From Eledone cirrhosa (lineage: Eukaryota), in the NCBI GenBank assembly GCA_964016885.1, contig OZ024742.1, positions 193,688,001 to 193,752,000 on the forward strand: a DNA stretch of 64,000 nt. Direction: 5' to 3'. The position numbers and the translations under genes were made by a program. Below, piece by piece: positions 38,700-51,468 of this stretch. The notes under the pieces were generated by a model, which saw nothing but the letters and a program-made list of their open reading frames with translations, was not told where the DNA came from and made no database searches. Numbering within the stretch: position 1 is the first letter of the stretch; each line of letters opens with the position of its first letter.

Positions 38700-40438
38700 A
38701 TATTAGACCTTGTTAATTTAATTAGTGATATCAAATTTCGTAAGTACAACAATAAATTTCAAACTAAACTTTCTAACGATATTTCTAATTTTAAAAATTC
38801 TACAAACAGTTTTTTTTATTTCCGATGAAACTAAAAATCTCTTTGAAGTTAATAGTAATTTGTATAACTAACTTTTAACTAATAGTATCACCAACAAATA
38901 TCAATTAGCTAACGATAACACCTACAATACTATTAATAACGAAGCTAAAGAACTAGCTATTTTTTTTTTAAATAGACAACCGGATTGAAAGCCTAGCTAA
39001 ACGTAAAGAATATATATTACCTTTAAAGACCATAAATTAGACGTTACTAATCGACCTAGCTGTAGAATGATTAACCCGGCTAAATCCTAAGTTGGCCTTG
39101 CAAGTAAAAAAATCTTAAGAAAAATAATTCTCCAAATTAGAACTAAGACTGACAAATCACAATGGTTAAATACATCCTCTGTTATTTCTTGGTTTAATAA
39201 TATACAAGGTAAAAATAAGTGTAGATTTACCTAATTTGATATTGTTGATTTTACCCTTCTATTACTGTTTCCTTATTAACTAAAGCCTTAGATTTTGCAA
39301 GACCTTTCATTAATATTTCTAAATTAGAAGAAGATATTATCTTTCATGCTAGGAAAACTCTATTCTTTACTAATGAAAGTATTTGGGTTAAAAAGTCAAG
39401 CCCTGAAAACTCTTTTGATATTGCAATGGATTCATATGACATGGCGGATGTGTGTGACTTAGTAGGATTATTCCTTCTCGACACCTTAAAGAGAAATTTA
39501 TTTCCCATAATATCGGTTTATAACGTTTCGACGGATTGGCAGTTTCTCATACCACCAACGGCCATAAGCTTGATAATTTCCGTAAAGATTTAATCTTTTG
39601 CTAACCTAAACCTTCAAATTACTATAGATACGAACCTTACCAATGCTAACTTTCTTGACATTAATCTTGATCTACTTACTGCGTCTTTTAAGCCTTATCA
39701 TAAACCTAACGATATATACACAAAGAGTCTTGCCATACCCCTATAGTTTAAAAAAATCTTATTCCCAATATTAGCCGTACGATTTCTACCTTATCTTCGT
39801 CTCTAGACATTTTTAACAAAGTCGCCCCTTATTATAATAAAGCCCTCAGTAACAGCGGCTTTACAGAACATATTAAATAGAAATGTAGTTAAAATCAGTT
39901 ACTCTTGCTGTCCATCAATGAGTCTAAAATCACCAACTCTAATCGTACGGGAATAAATCCAGGATTCAGTTGCAGGAAGCCGGATGAATGCCCATTACAG
40001 CGTAAATGTAATACCAAATCCGTTGTATATGAGGCCAAAGTGACACCTTTAATTAACAACCAGGCAGCCAGGAGTGAACAATATGTTGGCATGACTCAGG
40101 ACAGGTTCAAAACCAGGTTTTATGCACATGTCGCCTCTTTTAAACACTCTGATAAAAGAACAGCAACGGTGTGGGAATTCAATAAGGTGTGGGGATTCAC
40201 AGATAAAAACATCCCGTACTCTATCGATTGCTCTATCTTTGACCATTCGAGGGAATACCAAAGGGGCACAAAGAATTGTTCTTTGTTTACTACTGAAAGA
40301 TTTAGAATTCTACAAAATTTGAAAGCCACTTCAACTTGCCTTAACTCCAAGACCGAGATCTTCAGATCATGTGCTCACCTGAAATCACATCTGCTCTGTA
40401 ACTGGATTGACATTCCTACGATGACCCAACCACCTTGA
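38700..40438 (+). pseudogene. Decayed Hydra-like PLE RT + GIY-YIG
   Basis: Fragments FKDHK, CRMINPAKS, SWFNNIQ, FDIVDF, FDIAMDSYD..DVCDLVG, NFLDI; ORF 39905-40438 SCRKPDECPL...VVYEAKV...YVGMT..RFKTRF. Many stops and frameshifts. Confidence 0.87.
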
Positions 40439-40625
40439 ACTTCTTCTTTGCTCTTTAGGCCTTACATCCACTATGGTTTATATTACTGTCTGAACTCACT
40501 TTCTGTACCCTTATATTCTTTTTCTCCCTTATCTTTCCTATGTTATTTATTTTTCTTATTCCCCCCTACTTTCTACCTTACCCTTTACATATCCATGGAT
40601 ATTTATTTCTGTGTGTATGTATATA

Positions 40626-40691
<66 letters not shown>

Positions 40692-40866
40692 TAAACGGAA
40701 GAGAAAATGCTGACAAATTGTTCACAGTGAAAAATAGTTTAATTAGGAATAAGTGAGAATTAGTAATTGTATTGGTTAGTATTCAGTTTTGGTTTTAAGT
40801 TTTCCCGGTTGCGCATTTCTAATGCTTTTCAAAAATAATTTTGAGATAGAGAGTCCGTGATGTTTG

Positions 40867-40915
<49 letters not shown>

Positions 40916-41284
40916 ATATATATGCGTGTGTATATATATGTATATATATATGTGCGTGTGTGTGCATATTTTTGTTTATGTGGTGATGTAACTTTTTGTA
41001 TATGTATGTGTGTGTGTGTATATAAATGTGTATATATATATATATATTTGTACGTATATGGTCGTGTGTGTGTATGTATATATATGTATGTATATGCATT
41101 ATTACATACAGAGGCATTTAATGTTTATTTTCATTGATTGTTTGCTCCAGGAAACTGTTGAGTGCTCTAAATCAGCTATAAACATTATTACCTTTATTTA
41201 TTATTTGTCGTATTCCCAACTATCTTAATACCCCTTCCACCTTTTTTATTTTTATATATATATGTATGTATTTATGTATTTGTA

Positions 41285-41340
<56 letters not shown>

Positions 41341-41345
<5 letters not shown>

Positions 41346-42225
41346 ATACTTTGGGAGGGTCATGTTGCCAATAAGAAACACACGCACCAGTTGCTTTCAC
41401 TTCAATTTATTATAATAAATTTATAATAAATTTATAAATTTATAAATTTCTGGTTGGCTGGTTGGTTCCACAACCAGATAGTTGTTTATATATAGTCATA
41501 GCTCTTTCGTCACACACTCTGTTACCTCTTCAGTGACTGGGGATTCCTTTCTTTGTTTCTGTGCCTCTCCTTTGTTCTGTCCTACGCCATTTTGTTTCCT
41601 TGTGTGTGTTGTGTGCTCAGTCTGCGCATGCGCCACATCCGGGTGTCTGTGTGTGTTTATGTTCATTTATTTATTTGTTTATTTACATGTTACTTGTTTG
41701 TTCTATGTGTGTATGTGTTTTCGTTTTGTCCTTAATTGTAAGTTGTGATGTTGCTGTTTCACTCATATTTTCTATTTAATTTTGGTTGTAATTCTTTTAT
41801 GTTTATTGCCTCTGTAATTTGTCTAAACATTGCGTCTTTTCTGTGTGTAGATTCTATTTTTATTTTTATATTCTCTAATTTACCCTTGTGTTCTATTTTA
41901 GCATGTTGGTAGAGTACAGATGATTCTTTACTATCTTGAAGGTCTCGCCAGTGTTCATTTATCCGTTCCCCTACACTACGAGCTGTCTCACCTATGTACA
42001 CTATATTTTTGTCTCTACATTGTCCTTCAGTACATCTTATGCTATACACTACATTTCTAGTTTTACAGTTAATATGGGGGCTTATTTTACAGGTTATTCA
42101 TTTCTTATATATACGTGAGGGTCATTGGAAAGGGTAACTCTTGCTAATAAGTGTTTTTACGGAGGTACCTGGTCTTTCTACTATCTTAATATTGAGTTTA
42201 TGTTTATTTAGGGCCCTTCTAAATT

Positions 42226-42228
<3 letters not shown>
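41341..42228 (-). mobile_element. PLE 3' fragment (GIY-YIG + pLTR)
   Basis: [17 protein letters not shown]...YIGETARSVGERINEH...RQITEA; both ends in (TA)n. Confidence 0.88.
41494..41538 (-). ncRNA. Minimal type I hammerhead ribozyme
   Basis: agtca CTGAAGA ggtaac-agagtgt-gtgac GAAA gagc TA tgact. Confidence 0.75.
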
Positions 42229-42274
<46 letters not shown>

Positions 42275-42672
42275 GTATGTATTTATGTGTGCGTATATAT
42301 GTATTTGTATGTATACACTTTTCTGTGTATATTTTTTGTATTTTATATATTTATGTGTGTGTATTTGTCTGTGTATGTGTATATATGTTGTATGTGTATG
42401 CATGTATATATGTATATATATATATATATATATAATTATTTATTTTATCTTGTGCATTTACTTACCACGTGTGTTTATTTATGTTTTTATATTTTTATTT
42501 GTGCCTTTCTCTTCCTCTGTATCGCTGGCATATCAATAATAATGTTTATTTCCTTAATTCTGACTTTTTTTTATATTTTTATTTGTATGTGATTGCGTAT
42601 GTAGATATATATATCTTATATGTATGTGCATATGTATGTGTGTATATGCGTGTATGTATGTGTGTGTATGTA

Positions 42673-42705
<33 letters not shown>

Positions 42706-42797
42706 GTATATGTATATATATATGTGTATATGTATATGTATATATATATATGTATATATATATATGTGTTTGTGTAATTTTGTGTATGTGTATGTAT

Positions 42798-42835
<38 letters not shown>

Positions 42836-42849
42836 ATGTATATATATGT

Positions 42850-42887
<38 letters not shown>

Positions 42888-42914
42888 GTATATGTATATA
42901 TGTGTACATATATA

Positions 42915-42989
<75 letters not shown>

Positions 42990-43135
42990 GTGTGTGTGTG
43001 TGTTTGTGCGTGTGTGTTTATATACCTTTATATTTACTATTTTTTCTCCCTTTCTTCTTCTTCCTCCACGCCTCACTTTCATATTTATTATATTTTTGTT
43101 TTGCAAATCCACTTTCAATAGATACACCAGGATTT

Positions 43136-43195
43136 TTTCATTCTGATGAATGAAGGCAAATGTGTTTCCTTTTAAGAAACCACTGGTAAATGAAA
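43136..43195 (+). ncRNA. Type I hammerhead ribozyme
   Basis: tttcatt CTGATGA (tgaagg.aaa/ttt.cctt stem II) GAAA ccactgg TA aatgaaa; perfect 7-bp stem I. Confidence 0.8.
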
Positions 43196-43365
43196 TAATT
43201 ATCTTATGTTGTTTATTACATAACTGTATATATATATGTATATATATGAATAGTTAATAAATGTAACAAACAAAACACAAGAGGCAATTCTACACAGTTA
43301 TATTACATTCACTATTGGTACGTGTGGTTTCAAGTCCATATATATATATATATAAATACATATAA

Positions 43366-43459
<94 letters not shown>

Positions 43460-43504
43460 CAGGAAAGAAGGTTTACATGGTTTGCTATACAAAAAAGTTT
43501 TTAA

Positions 43505-43623
43505 TCACATAGCTTACATTTGTTTCACTAAACTGGTATGTCTAGAGATCGCTATCCGCCTAATTTTGCGTCACTCGATCGCCAATACAGAATTATAACC
43601 AGTCAGATCTTCGGAGCATGCGA
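43505..43623 (-). ncRNA. Variant type I hammerhead ribozyme in inverted pLTR
   Basis: Reverse complement of 46611-46729. Confidence 0.7.
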
Positions 43624-43984
43624 GAATGAAGAAAATACACAGGCAAGAAAATAAAAGAAAATATGGAGTAGTTATGGCATTCAATTAGAACAATAAACAA
43701 CAACAATTATTACAACAATGCTATCAATAAACTATTTAAGGAGACCCTGACATTACTTAGGTGGGGGGTATATAATGTATCTAATGTTACGGCGTGAAAA
43801 CCAGCTGTCATAAGGCAAAAAGTATCGTAGTGTGTATCAATTTTAAATTATAAAGATAAGCTAGTTTTTACAGTCTTTCTCTTCATCTTCAACCGTATAC
43901 ATGAGTGGGACCACTGTCAAAGCTCAATAGTTGTAGAGTTAATACAGAGGTTAACGAATTAATATACGCATATATCTACGCACG

Positions 43985-44024
<40 letters not shown>

Positions 44025-46207
44025 CATATACACATATATGTGTACATAGACACATACATACACACTAATATACACTCGTACAAAAATATACATACATGCA
44101 AAGAGAAAAGCGTGCTAATTGTAATATGGCAAAAAGAAGGTAAAGTAACATTGTAGTAGTGAAATGAGAAAAACTAGGATCTAGGATCAAATGATTGCAG
44201 CAGCTGAGAAGGAGTAAGATTGTTGGTAGATGAGGTATTTACAGACTATTGTGTGGTATAGACTTGTGAAGGAAATAGTATACTTAATGAATATATATTT
44301 TTTTTTTTGTGGGTAGTAGGTATCCTAATTTAAAGCTATGTTATGTTGGTTCGATTCACGGAGGTTTGAATCTTATGAATTTAGTGGCTATTCTATGCCT
44401 GCAGAAGATAGATCTTTCTAACTTATTATTAAGTAGTCTTTTAACATTTCTAAGGATATACAATAGCTCAAGATCACACAGCCCGCAATAGGACATACCT
44501 GTACTATAGGTTTTAGCAGCCGACAACTTCGACCAGTTGATAGTGTAGCTAGCGTTGCTGTCCTTCAATTCCCATATTTTTCTGGCGAGGGTGGTGGAAC
44601 CCATAAGAGCTCGGTTTTTCATCGAGTGCCTGTGCACATACCATCTTTTCTTAAAAGAACCCGCGGTGGATCCTATGTAATTCCAAGTGGAGTTACCCGA
44701 GATGACAGTGCACATGTACACCAGACTCGAATCGAGACATCTATTCGCCAATGGGCACCTATCTGGGAGGTGACAGTTGCAGTTTGAGGCGCTATTATGT
44801 GCAGATTTTACATTCCTATTTAGTACCCTGTTATAAGTGGGTTGTGATATATGCCCAATGGGGTTTTGCTGCTGCGCGTTTGTATGCGCTTGTGGTTGTG
44901 ATGTTGTGATGAGTTTGTGCTTATGTATAGGTGCAATTGATTTACTTGAGATATTTCTGCGGTTGATCTTGCGTATGTGTGATTCTATGTTAGCTGCTGT
45001 TGAAAAAGAGAGTTTTATAGTAGATCTATTGAGTAGTTTGTGATATCTATGCGAGATAGGGAAGTGTTTATCTATTAGTTTAAAGAATATAGAGGGCAGT
45101 CTAGTTTTTATAGAGGAGTTGAATATTGGGTTGAACCATAGGTATTTCCTTTGTCTGTTTCTTCTATTGTTTCTAGGGTTTACGTTATTAGTGTTTTGGC
45201 CGTTTACTCTAGGTGTTACATGTCTAACCCTATGTCTAGTCAAGCTATTCTTATTATTATGTGAGCGGTTGGAGTAGAAATTACTAGGATTGTTTATGTT
45301 GTCCTTATTCACTATATACTGTAGTTTATCTTTATGACCGAGCCTACTTAATGCTGCATTATAATAGTCAGCATGCTCGTTAAAGATTTCTAGGTTTGAG
45401 GATAGGCGGGATATTCGGAGGGATATACTACGTGCTATGGATTTAATTATGGATTTGGGGTGATTTGAGTTGTAACTAATGTAGGCAAGATTTTCATTAT
45501 TTTTGTGGAAAGGTTCTATTAATCCAGTATTTAGATTTAGAGTTACATCTAGAAAATTTACCTTCTTATGGTTTAGTTCGTAGGTAATACTTAGGCACTC
45601 GATGAAAAACCGAGCTCTTATGGGTTCCACCACCCTCGCCAGAAAAATATGGGAATTGAAGGACAGCAACGCTAGCTACACTATCAACTGGTCGAAGTTG
45701 TCGGCTGCTAAAACCTATAGTACAGGTATGTCCTATTGCGGGCTGTGTGATCTTGAGCTATTGTATATCCTTAGAAATGTTAAAAGACTACTTAATAATA
45801 AGTTAGAAAGATCTATCTTCTGCAGGCATAGAATAGCCACTAAATTCATAAGATTCAAACCTCCGTGAATCGAACCAACATAACATAGCTTTAAATTAGG
45901 ATACCTACTACCCACAAAAAAAAAAAAAAAAAAATATATATTCATTAAGTATACTATTTCCTTCACAAGTCTATACCACACAATAGTCTGTAAATACCTC
46001 ATCTACCAACAATCTTACTCCTTCTCAGCTGCTGCAATCATTTGATCCTAGATCCTAGTTTTTCTCATTTCACTACTACAATGTTACTTTACCTTCTTTT
46101 TGCCATATTACAATTAGCACGCTTTTCTCTTTGCATGTATGTATATTTTTGTACGAGTGTATATTAGTGTGTATGTATGTGTCTATGTACACATATATGT
46201 GTATATG

Positions 46208-46251
<44 letters not shown>

Positions 46252-46610
46252 TGCGTAGATATATGCGTATATTAATTCGTTAACCTCTGTATTAACTCTA
46301 CAACTATTGAGCTTTGACAGTGGTCCCACTCATGTATACGGTTGAAGATGAAGAGAAAGACTGTAAAAACTAGCTTATCTTTATAATTTAAAATTGATAC
46401 ACACTACGATACTTTTTGCCTTATGACAGCTGGTTTTCACGCCGTAACATTAGATACATTATATACCCCCCACCTAAGTAATGTCAGGGTCTCCTTAAAT
46501 AGTTTATTGATAGCATTGTTGTAATAATTGTTGTTGTTTATTGTTCTAATTGAATGCCATAACTACTCCATATTTTCTTTTATTTTCTTGCCTGTGTATT
46601 TTCTTCATTC

Positions 46611-46729
46611 TCGCATGCTCCGAAGATCTGACTGGTTATAATTCTGTATTGGCGATCGAGTGACGCAAAATTAGGCGGATAGCGATCTCTAGACATACCA
46701 GTTTAGTGAAACAAATGTAAGCTATGTGA
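46611..46729 (+). ncRNA. Variant type I hammerhead ribozyme in 5' pLTR
   Basis: Stem I tcgcatgct/agc(t)atgtga; core CCGAAGA; 81-nt stem II closed by ctgactggt/accagtttag; GAAA; stem III caaatg; GUA cleavage triplet. Confidence 0.7.
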
Positions 46730-46999
46730 TTAAACACTTTTTTGTATAGCAAACCATGTAAACCTTCTTTCCTGATTTATTATTACTCCAAGTGTTTACA
46801 ACATAGGAATTACAGCATACCCGCAGCATCACTATGAAAACGCCTTGTTGAGTCAAACCAAGCCAAGCGTTAATATCATCCACTACCTGGAATACCATAA
46901 CTGGACTTCACCTAAGTGGACTGCATTTAACTATTATTTGTTAATCCGTATATTTAGCTCCCACCTGGTCGAGCAACACCATTAACGCACGGCAACAAC

Positions 47000-49384
47000 A
47001 TGGAGAAGCACTGTATAGGTATGTCACTAAAAAACATACCTGTACCTACAAAAAAGGACTATACACTGGGCATGATACGACGGACTAATGATTTCATCCG
47101 CAGGGTCCGATGGAAAGCTTACCATTTCGATAAGGGACCGAATACCAACAGAAGGGAATTTTCCAAGGAGAATTACGGGTTTAAATCCTGCAAAAACCCG
47201 CCAAACAACCCCGCACTCGATGCCTTCGAGCTGGACCTTATGAACATGATAAGTGAAACTAAATTTAAAAAAAGAACAAATCACAACAAATTGCAAAATG
47301 ACTTAAACACATTACTTAAAAAACTAAAAGACACTAACGGTATCATAGTAAAAGCAGACAAAACATCAAACGTATACTCTATGGACATTAACACATACAA
47401 TAACTTTATTCAGCGTGAACTACATAAAAAATATAAAAAAACAAATGAATCTACACTCACCAGCATAAACATGGAGGGCCTCAAGATAGTTAACAAACTC
47501 GGAATTTCAGATAGGACCGAACCGCTTACCCCGTGCAACCCTACATTTAACCTGAAAGATCACAAAAATAACTTTGAAACTAATCCTACCATTAGATTAA
47601 TATGCCCATCCAAGTCAGACATAGGTAAAATTAGCAAAAACATTCTAGATAGGGTAATCGCACAAATAAAGGGTAAACTAGAAATCAATCTATGGGGCAA
47701 CACTAACGAGGCAATTAAATGGTTCAATAAAATACAAAATAGGGATACGTGTAACTTCATACAATTTGATATAGACGACTATTATGCATCCATATCCCCA
47801 GCTACCCTAGATAAGGCGCTTATATTTGCCCAAAATAACTCTGATCTTACCCATGATGAAATTGAAATAATAATAGCGGCTAGAAGGACTATCGTAAAAT
47901 TTGAAAATAACTACTGGGTAAGAAAGGATAGAATAAATAGCTTCGATATTACAATGGGTTCAAATGATTCTGCGCAAATTACAGATATCGTGGGGCTATT
48001 CATAGCACACAACCTACATAAGGAATTCAGTAACCTCCAAGGAGGAATTTATAGGGACGACACGTTACTTATAGCTAGGAACCTAAACAACCAGAGCATG
48101 GAAAGACTAAGGAAAAATATTAGAATATTCTTCAAAAAACTAGGCCTAAGTATTACCTACGAACTAAACCATAAGAAGGTAAATTTTCTAGATGTAACTC
48201 TAAATCTAAATACTGGATTAATAGAACCTTTCCACAAAAATAATGAAAATCTTGCCTACATTAGTTACAACTCAAATCACCCCAAATCCATAATTAAATC
48301 CATAGCACGTAGTATATCCCTCCGAATATCCCGCCTATCCTCAAACCTAGAAATCTTTAACGAGCATGCTGACTATTATAATGCAGCATTAAGTAGGGCC
48401 GGTCATAAAGATAAACTACAGTATATAGTGAATAAGGACAACATAAACAATCCTAGTAATTTCTACTCCAACCGCTCACATAATAATAAGAATAGCTTGA
48501 CTAGACATAGGGTTAGACATGTAACACCTAGAGTAAACGGCCAAAACACTAATAACGTAAACCCTAGAAACAATAGAAGAAACAGACAAAGGAAATACCT
48601 ATGGTTCAACCCAATATTCAACTCCTCTATAAAAACTAGACTGCCCTCTATATTCTTTAAACTAATAGATAAACACTTCCCTATCTCGCATAGATATCAC
48701 AAACTACTCAATAGATCTACTATAAAACTCTCTTTTTCAACAGCAGCTAACATAGAATCACACATACGCAAGATCAACCGCAGAAATATCTCAAGTAAAT
48801 CAATTGCACCTATACATAAGCACAAACTCATCACAACATCACAACCACAAGCGCATACAAACGCGCAGCAGCAAAACCCCATTGGGCATATATCACAACC
48901 CACTTATAACAGGGTACTAAATAGGAATGTAAAATCTGCACATAATAGCGCCTCAAACTGCAACTGTCACCTCCCAGATAGGTGCCCATTGGCGAATAGA
49001 TGTCTCGATTCGAGTCTGGTGTACATGTGCACTGTCATCTCGGGTAACTCCACTTGGAATTACATAGGATCCACCGCGGGTTCTTTTAAGAAAAGATGGT
49101 ATGTGCACAGGCACTCGATGAAAAACCGAGCTCTTATGGGTTCCACCACCCTCGCCAGAAAAATATGGGAATTGAAGGACAGCAACGCTAGCTACACTAT
49201 CAACTGGTCGAAGTTGTCGGCTGCTAAAACCTATAGTACCAGTATGTCCTATTGCGGGCTGTGTGATCTTGAGCTATTGTATATCCTTAGAAATGTTAAA
49301 AGACTACTTAATAATAAGTTAGAAAGATCTATCTTCTGCAGGCATAGAATAGCCACTAAATTCATAAGATTCAAACCTCCGTGA
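47000..49384 (+). CDS. Penelope-like element polyprotein: reverse transcriptase + C-terminal GIY-YIG endonuclease (Hydra-clade-like), intact 794 aa
   Basis: Uninterrupted ORF. Motifs: N-terminal SLKNIP and KADKT; RT FDIDDYYASI, ITMGSNDS, IYRDD, NFLDV; thumb SNHP; CNCHLPDRCPL (CxCx5C); LVYMCTV...NYIGST...FKKRW (GIY-YIG); CGLC. The clade call rests on recalled motifs, not a phylogeny. Confidence 0.93.
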   Translation: MEKHCIGMSLKNIPVPTKKDYTLGMIRRTNDFIRRVRWKAYHFDKGPNTNRREFSKENYGFKSCKNPPNNPALDAFELDLMNMISETKFKKRTNHNKLQNDLNTLLKKLKDTNGIIVKADKTSNVYSMDINTYNNFIQRELHKKYKKTNESTLTSINMEGLKIVNKLGISDRTEPLTPCNPTFNLKDHKNNFETNPTIRLICPSKSDIGKISKNILDRVIAQIKGKLEINLWGNTNEAIKWFNKIQNRDTCNFIQFDIDDYYASISPATLDKALIFAQNNSDLTHDEIEIIIAARRTIVKFENNYWVRKDRINSFDITMGSNDSAQITDIVGLFIAHNLHKEFSNLQGGIYRDDTLLIARNLNNQSMERLRKNIRIFFKKLGLSITYELNHKKVNFLDVTLNLNTGLIEPFHKNNENLAYISYNSNHPKSIIKSIARSISLRISRLSSNLEIFNEHADYYNAALSRAGHKDKLQYIVNKDNINNPSNFYSNRSHNNKNSLTRHRVRHVTPRVNGQNTNNVNPRNNRRNRQRKYLWFNPIFNSSIKTRLPSIFFKLIDKHFPISHRYHKLLNRSTIKLSFSTAANIESHIRKINRRNISSKSIAPIHKHKLITTSQPQAHTNAQQQNPIGHISQPTYNRVLNRNVKSAHNSASNCNCHLPDRCPLANRCLDSSLVYMCTVISGNSTWNYIGSTAGSFKKRWYVHRHSMKNRALMGSTTLARKIWELKDSNASYTINWSKLSAAKTYSTSMSYCGLCDLELLYILRNVKRLLNNKLERSIFCRHRIATKFIRFKPP

Positions 49385-49723
49385 ATCGAACCAACATAAC
49401 ATAGCTTTAAATTAGGATACCTACTACCCACAAAAAAAAAAAAAAAAAAATATATATTCATTAAGTATACTATTTCCTTCACAAGTCTATACCACACAAT
49501 AGTGTGTAAATACCTCATCTACCAACAATCTTACTCCTTCTCAGCTGCTGCAATCATTTGATCCTAGATCCTAGTTTTTCTCATTTCACTACTACAATGT
49601 TACTTTACCTTCTTTTTGCCATATTACAATTAGCACGCTTTTCTCTTTGCATGTATGTATATTTTTGTACGAGTGTATATTAGTGTGTATGTATGTGTCT
49701 ATGTACACATATATGTGTATATG

Positions 49724-49767
<44 letters not shown>

Positions 49768-50128
49768 CGTGCGTAGATATATGCGTATATTAATTCGTTA
49801 ACCTCTGTATTAACTCTACAACTATTGAGCTTTGACAGTGGTCCCACTCATGTATACGGTTGAAGATGAAGAGAAAGACTGTAAAAACTAGCTTATCTTT
49901 ATAATTTAAAATTGATACACACTACGATACTTTTTGCCTTATGACAGCTGGTTTTCACGCCGTAACATTAGATACATTATATACCCCCCACCTAAGTAAT
50001 GTCAGGGTCTCCTTAAATAGTTTATTGATAGCATTGTTGTAATAATTGTTGTTGTTTATTGTTCTAATTGAATGCCATAACTACTCCATATTTTCTTTTA
50101 TTTTCTTGCCTGTGTATTTTCTTCATTC

Positions 50129-50247
50129 TCGCATGCTCCGAAGATCTGACTGGTTATAATTCTGTATTGGCGATCGAGTGACGCAAAATTAGGCGGATAG
50201 CGATCTCTAGACATACCAGTTTAGTGAAACAAATGTAAGCTATGTGA
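50129..50247 (+). ncRNA. Variant type I hammerhead ribozyme in 3' pLTR
   Basis: Copy of 46611-46729. Confidence 0.7.
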
Positions 50248-50465
50248 TTAAAAACTTTTTTGTATAGCAAACCATGTAAACCTTCTTTCCTGATTTATTA
50301 TTACTCCAAGTGTTTACAACATAGGAATTACAGCATACCCGCAGCATCACTATGAAAACGCCTTGTTGAGTCAAACCAAGCCAAGCGTTAATATCATCCA
50401 CTACCTGAAATACCATAACTGGACTTCACCTAAGTGGACTGCATTTAACTATTATTTGTTAATCG

Positions 50466-50558
<93 letters not shown>

Positions 50559-50561
50559 ATG

Positions 50562-50603
<42 letters not shown>

Positions 50604-50631
50604 TATGTATATATGTAAATATATATATTTA

Positions 50632-50685
<54 letters not shown>

Positions 50686-50700
50686 TATGTATATATGTAA

Positions 50701-50737
<37 letters not shown>

Positions 50738-50766
50738 TATGTATATATGTAAATATATATATTTAA

Positions 50767-50816
<50 letters not shown>

Positions 50817-50841
50817 GTATATATATAAATATATATATATG

Positions 50842-50895
<54 letters not shown>

Positions 50896-51064
50896 AATAT
50901 ATATATATATATATGTATATATATAAATATATGTATATATATAAATATATATATATATATATGTATATATATAAATATATGTATATATATAAATATATAT
51001 ATACGTATATATATAAATATATATGTATATATATAAATATATATATATATATGTATATATATAA

Positions 51065-51095
<31 letters not shown>

Positions 51096-51103
51096 AATAT
51101 ATA

Positions 51104-51144
<41 letters not shown>

Positions 51145-51162
51145 ATATATATATATACATGT

Positions 51163-51196
<34 letters not shown>

Positions 51197-51217
51197 ATAT
51201 ATATATATACATGTATG

Positions 51218-51248
<31 letters not shown>

Positions 51249-51293
51249 ATATATATATGTATGTATGTATATATATATATATATGTATGTATG

Positions 51294-51325
<32 letters not shown>

Positions 51326-51409
51326 AATATATATGTATATATATATATATATGTGTGTGTATATATATATGTATATATGTATATATATATATGTATGTAT
51401 GTATATATA

Positions 51410-51462
<53 letters not shown>

Positions 51463-51468
51463 TATATA
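50466..51468. repeat. (TA)n-derived tract
   Basis: Seen directly. Confidence 0.97.

Larger units (their letters stand above)
43454..50470. mobile_element. Complete PLE insertion: inverted 5'-truncated copy (43454-45596, minus) + 5' pLTR (45593-~46953) + ORF + 3' pLTR (49109-~50470), within (TA)n
   Basis: 45593-46953 repeats at 49109-50470 (period about 3516 bp). 43454-45596 is the reverse complement of 48144-50298. Only a handful of substitutions and homopolymer/microsatellite length differences are visible. Both ends run into (TA)n. Confidence 0.93.

Noticed and set aside
44356-45669. 437-aa ORF as an independent gene
   Set aside because: Inverted truncated PLE copy; its first ~25 residues are antisense pLTR read across the inversion junction, and it lacks the RT catalytic motifs.
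47000-49384. Naiad-type selenoprotein PLE, or a SECIS in the pLTR
   Set aside because: The endonuclease is C-terminal, there is no in-frame TGA, and the GUGA...GA motif in stem II closes only a 3-bp helix, too short for a SECIS.
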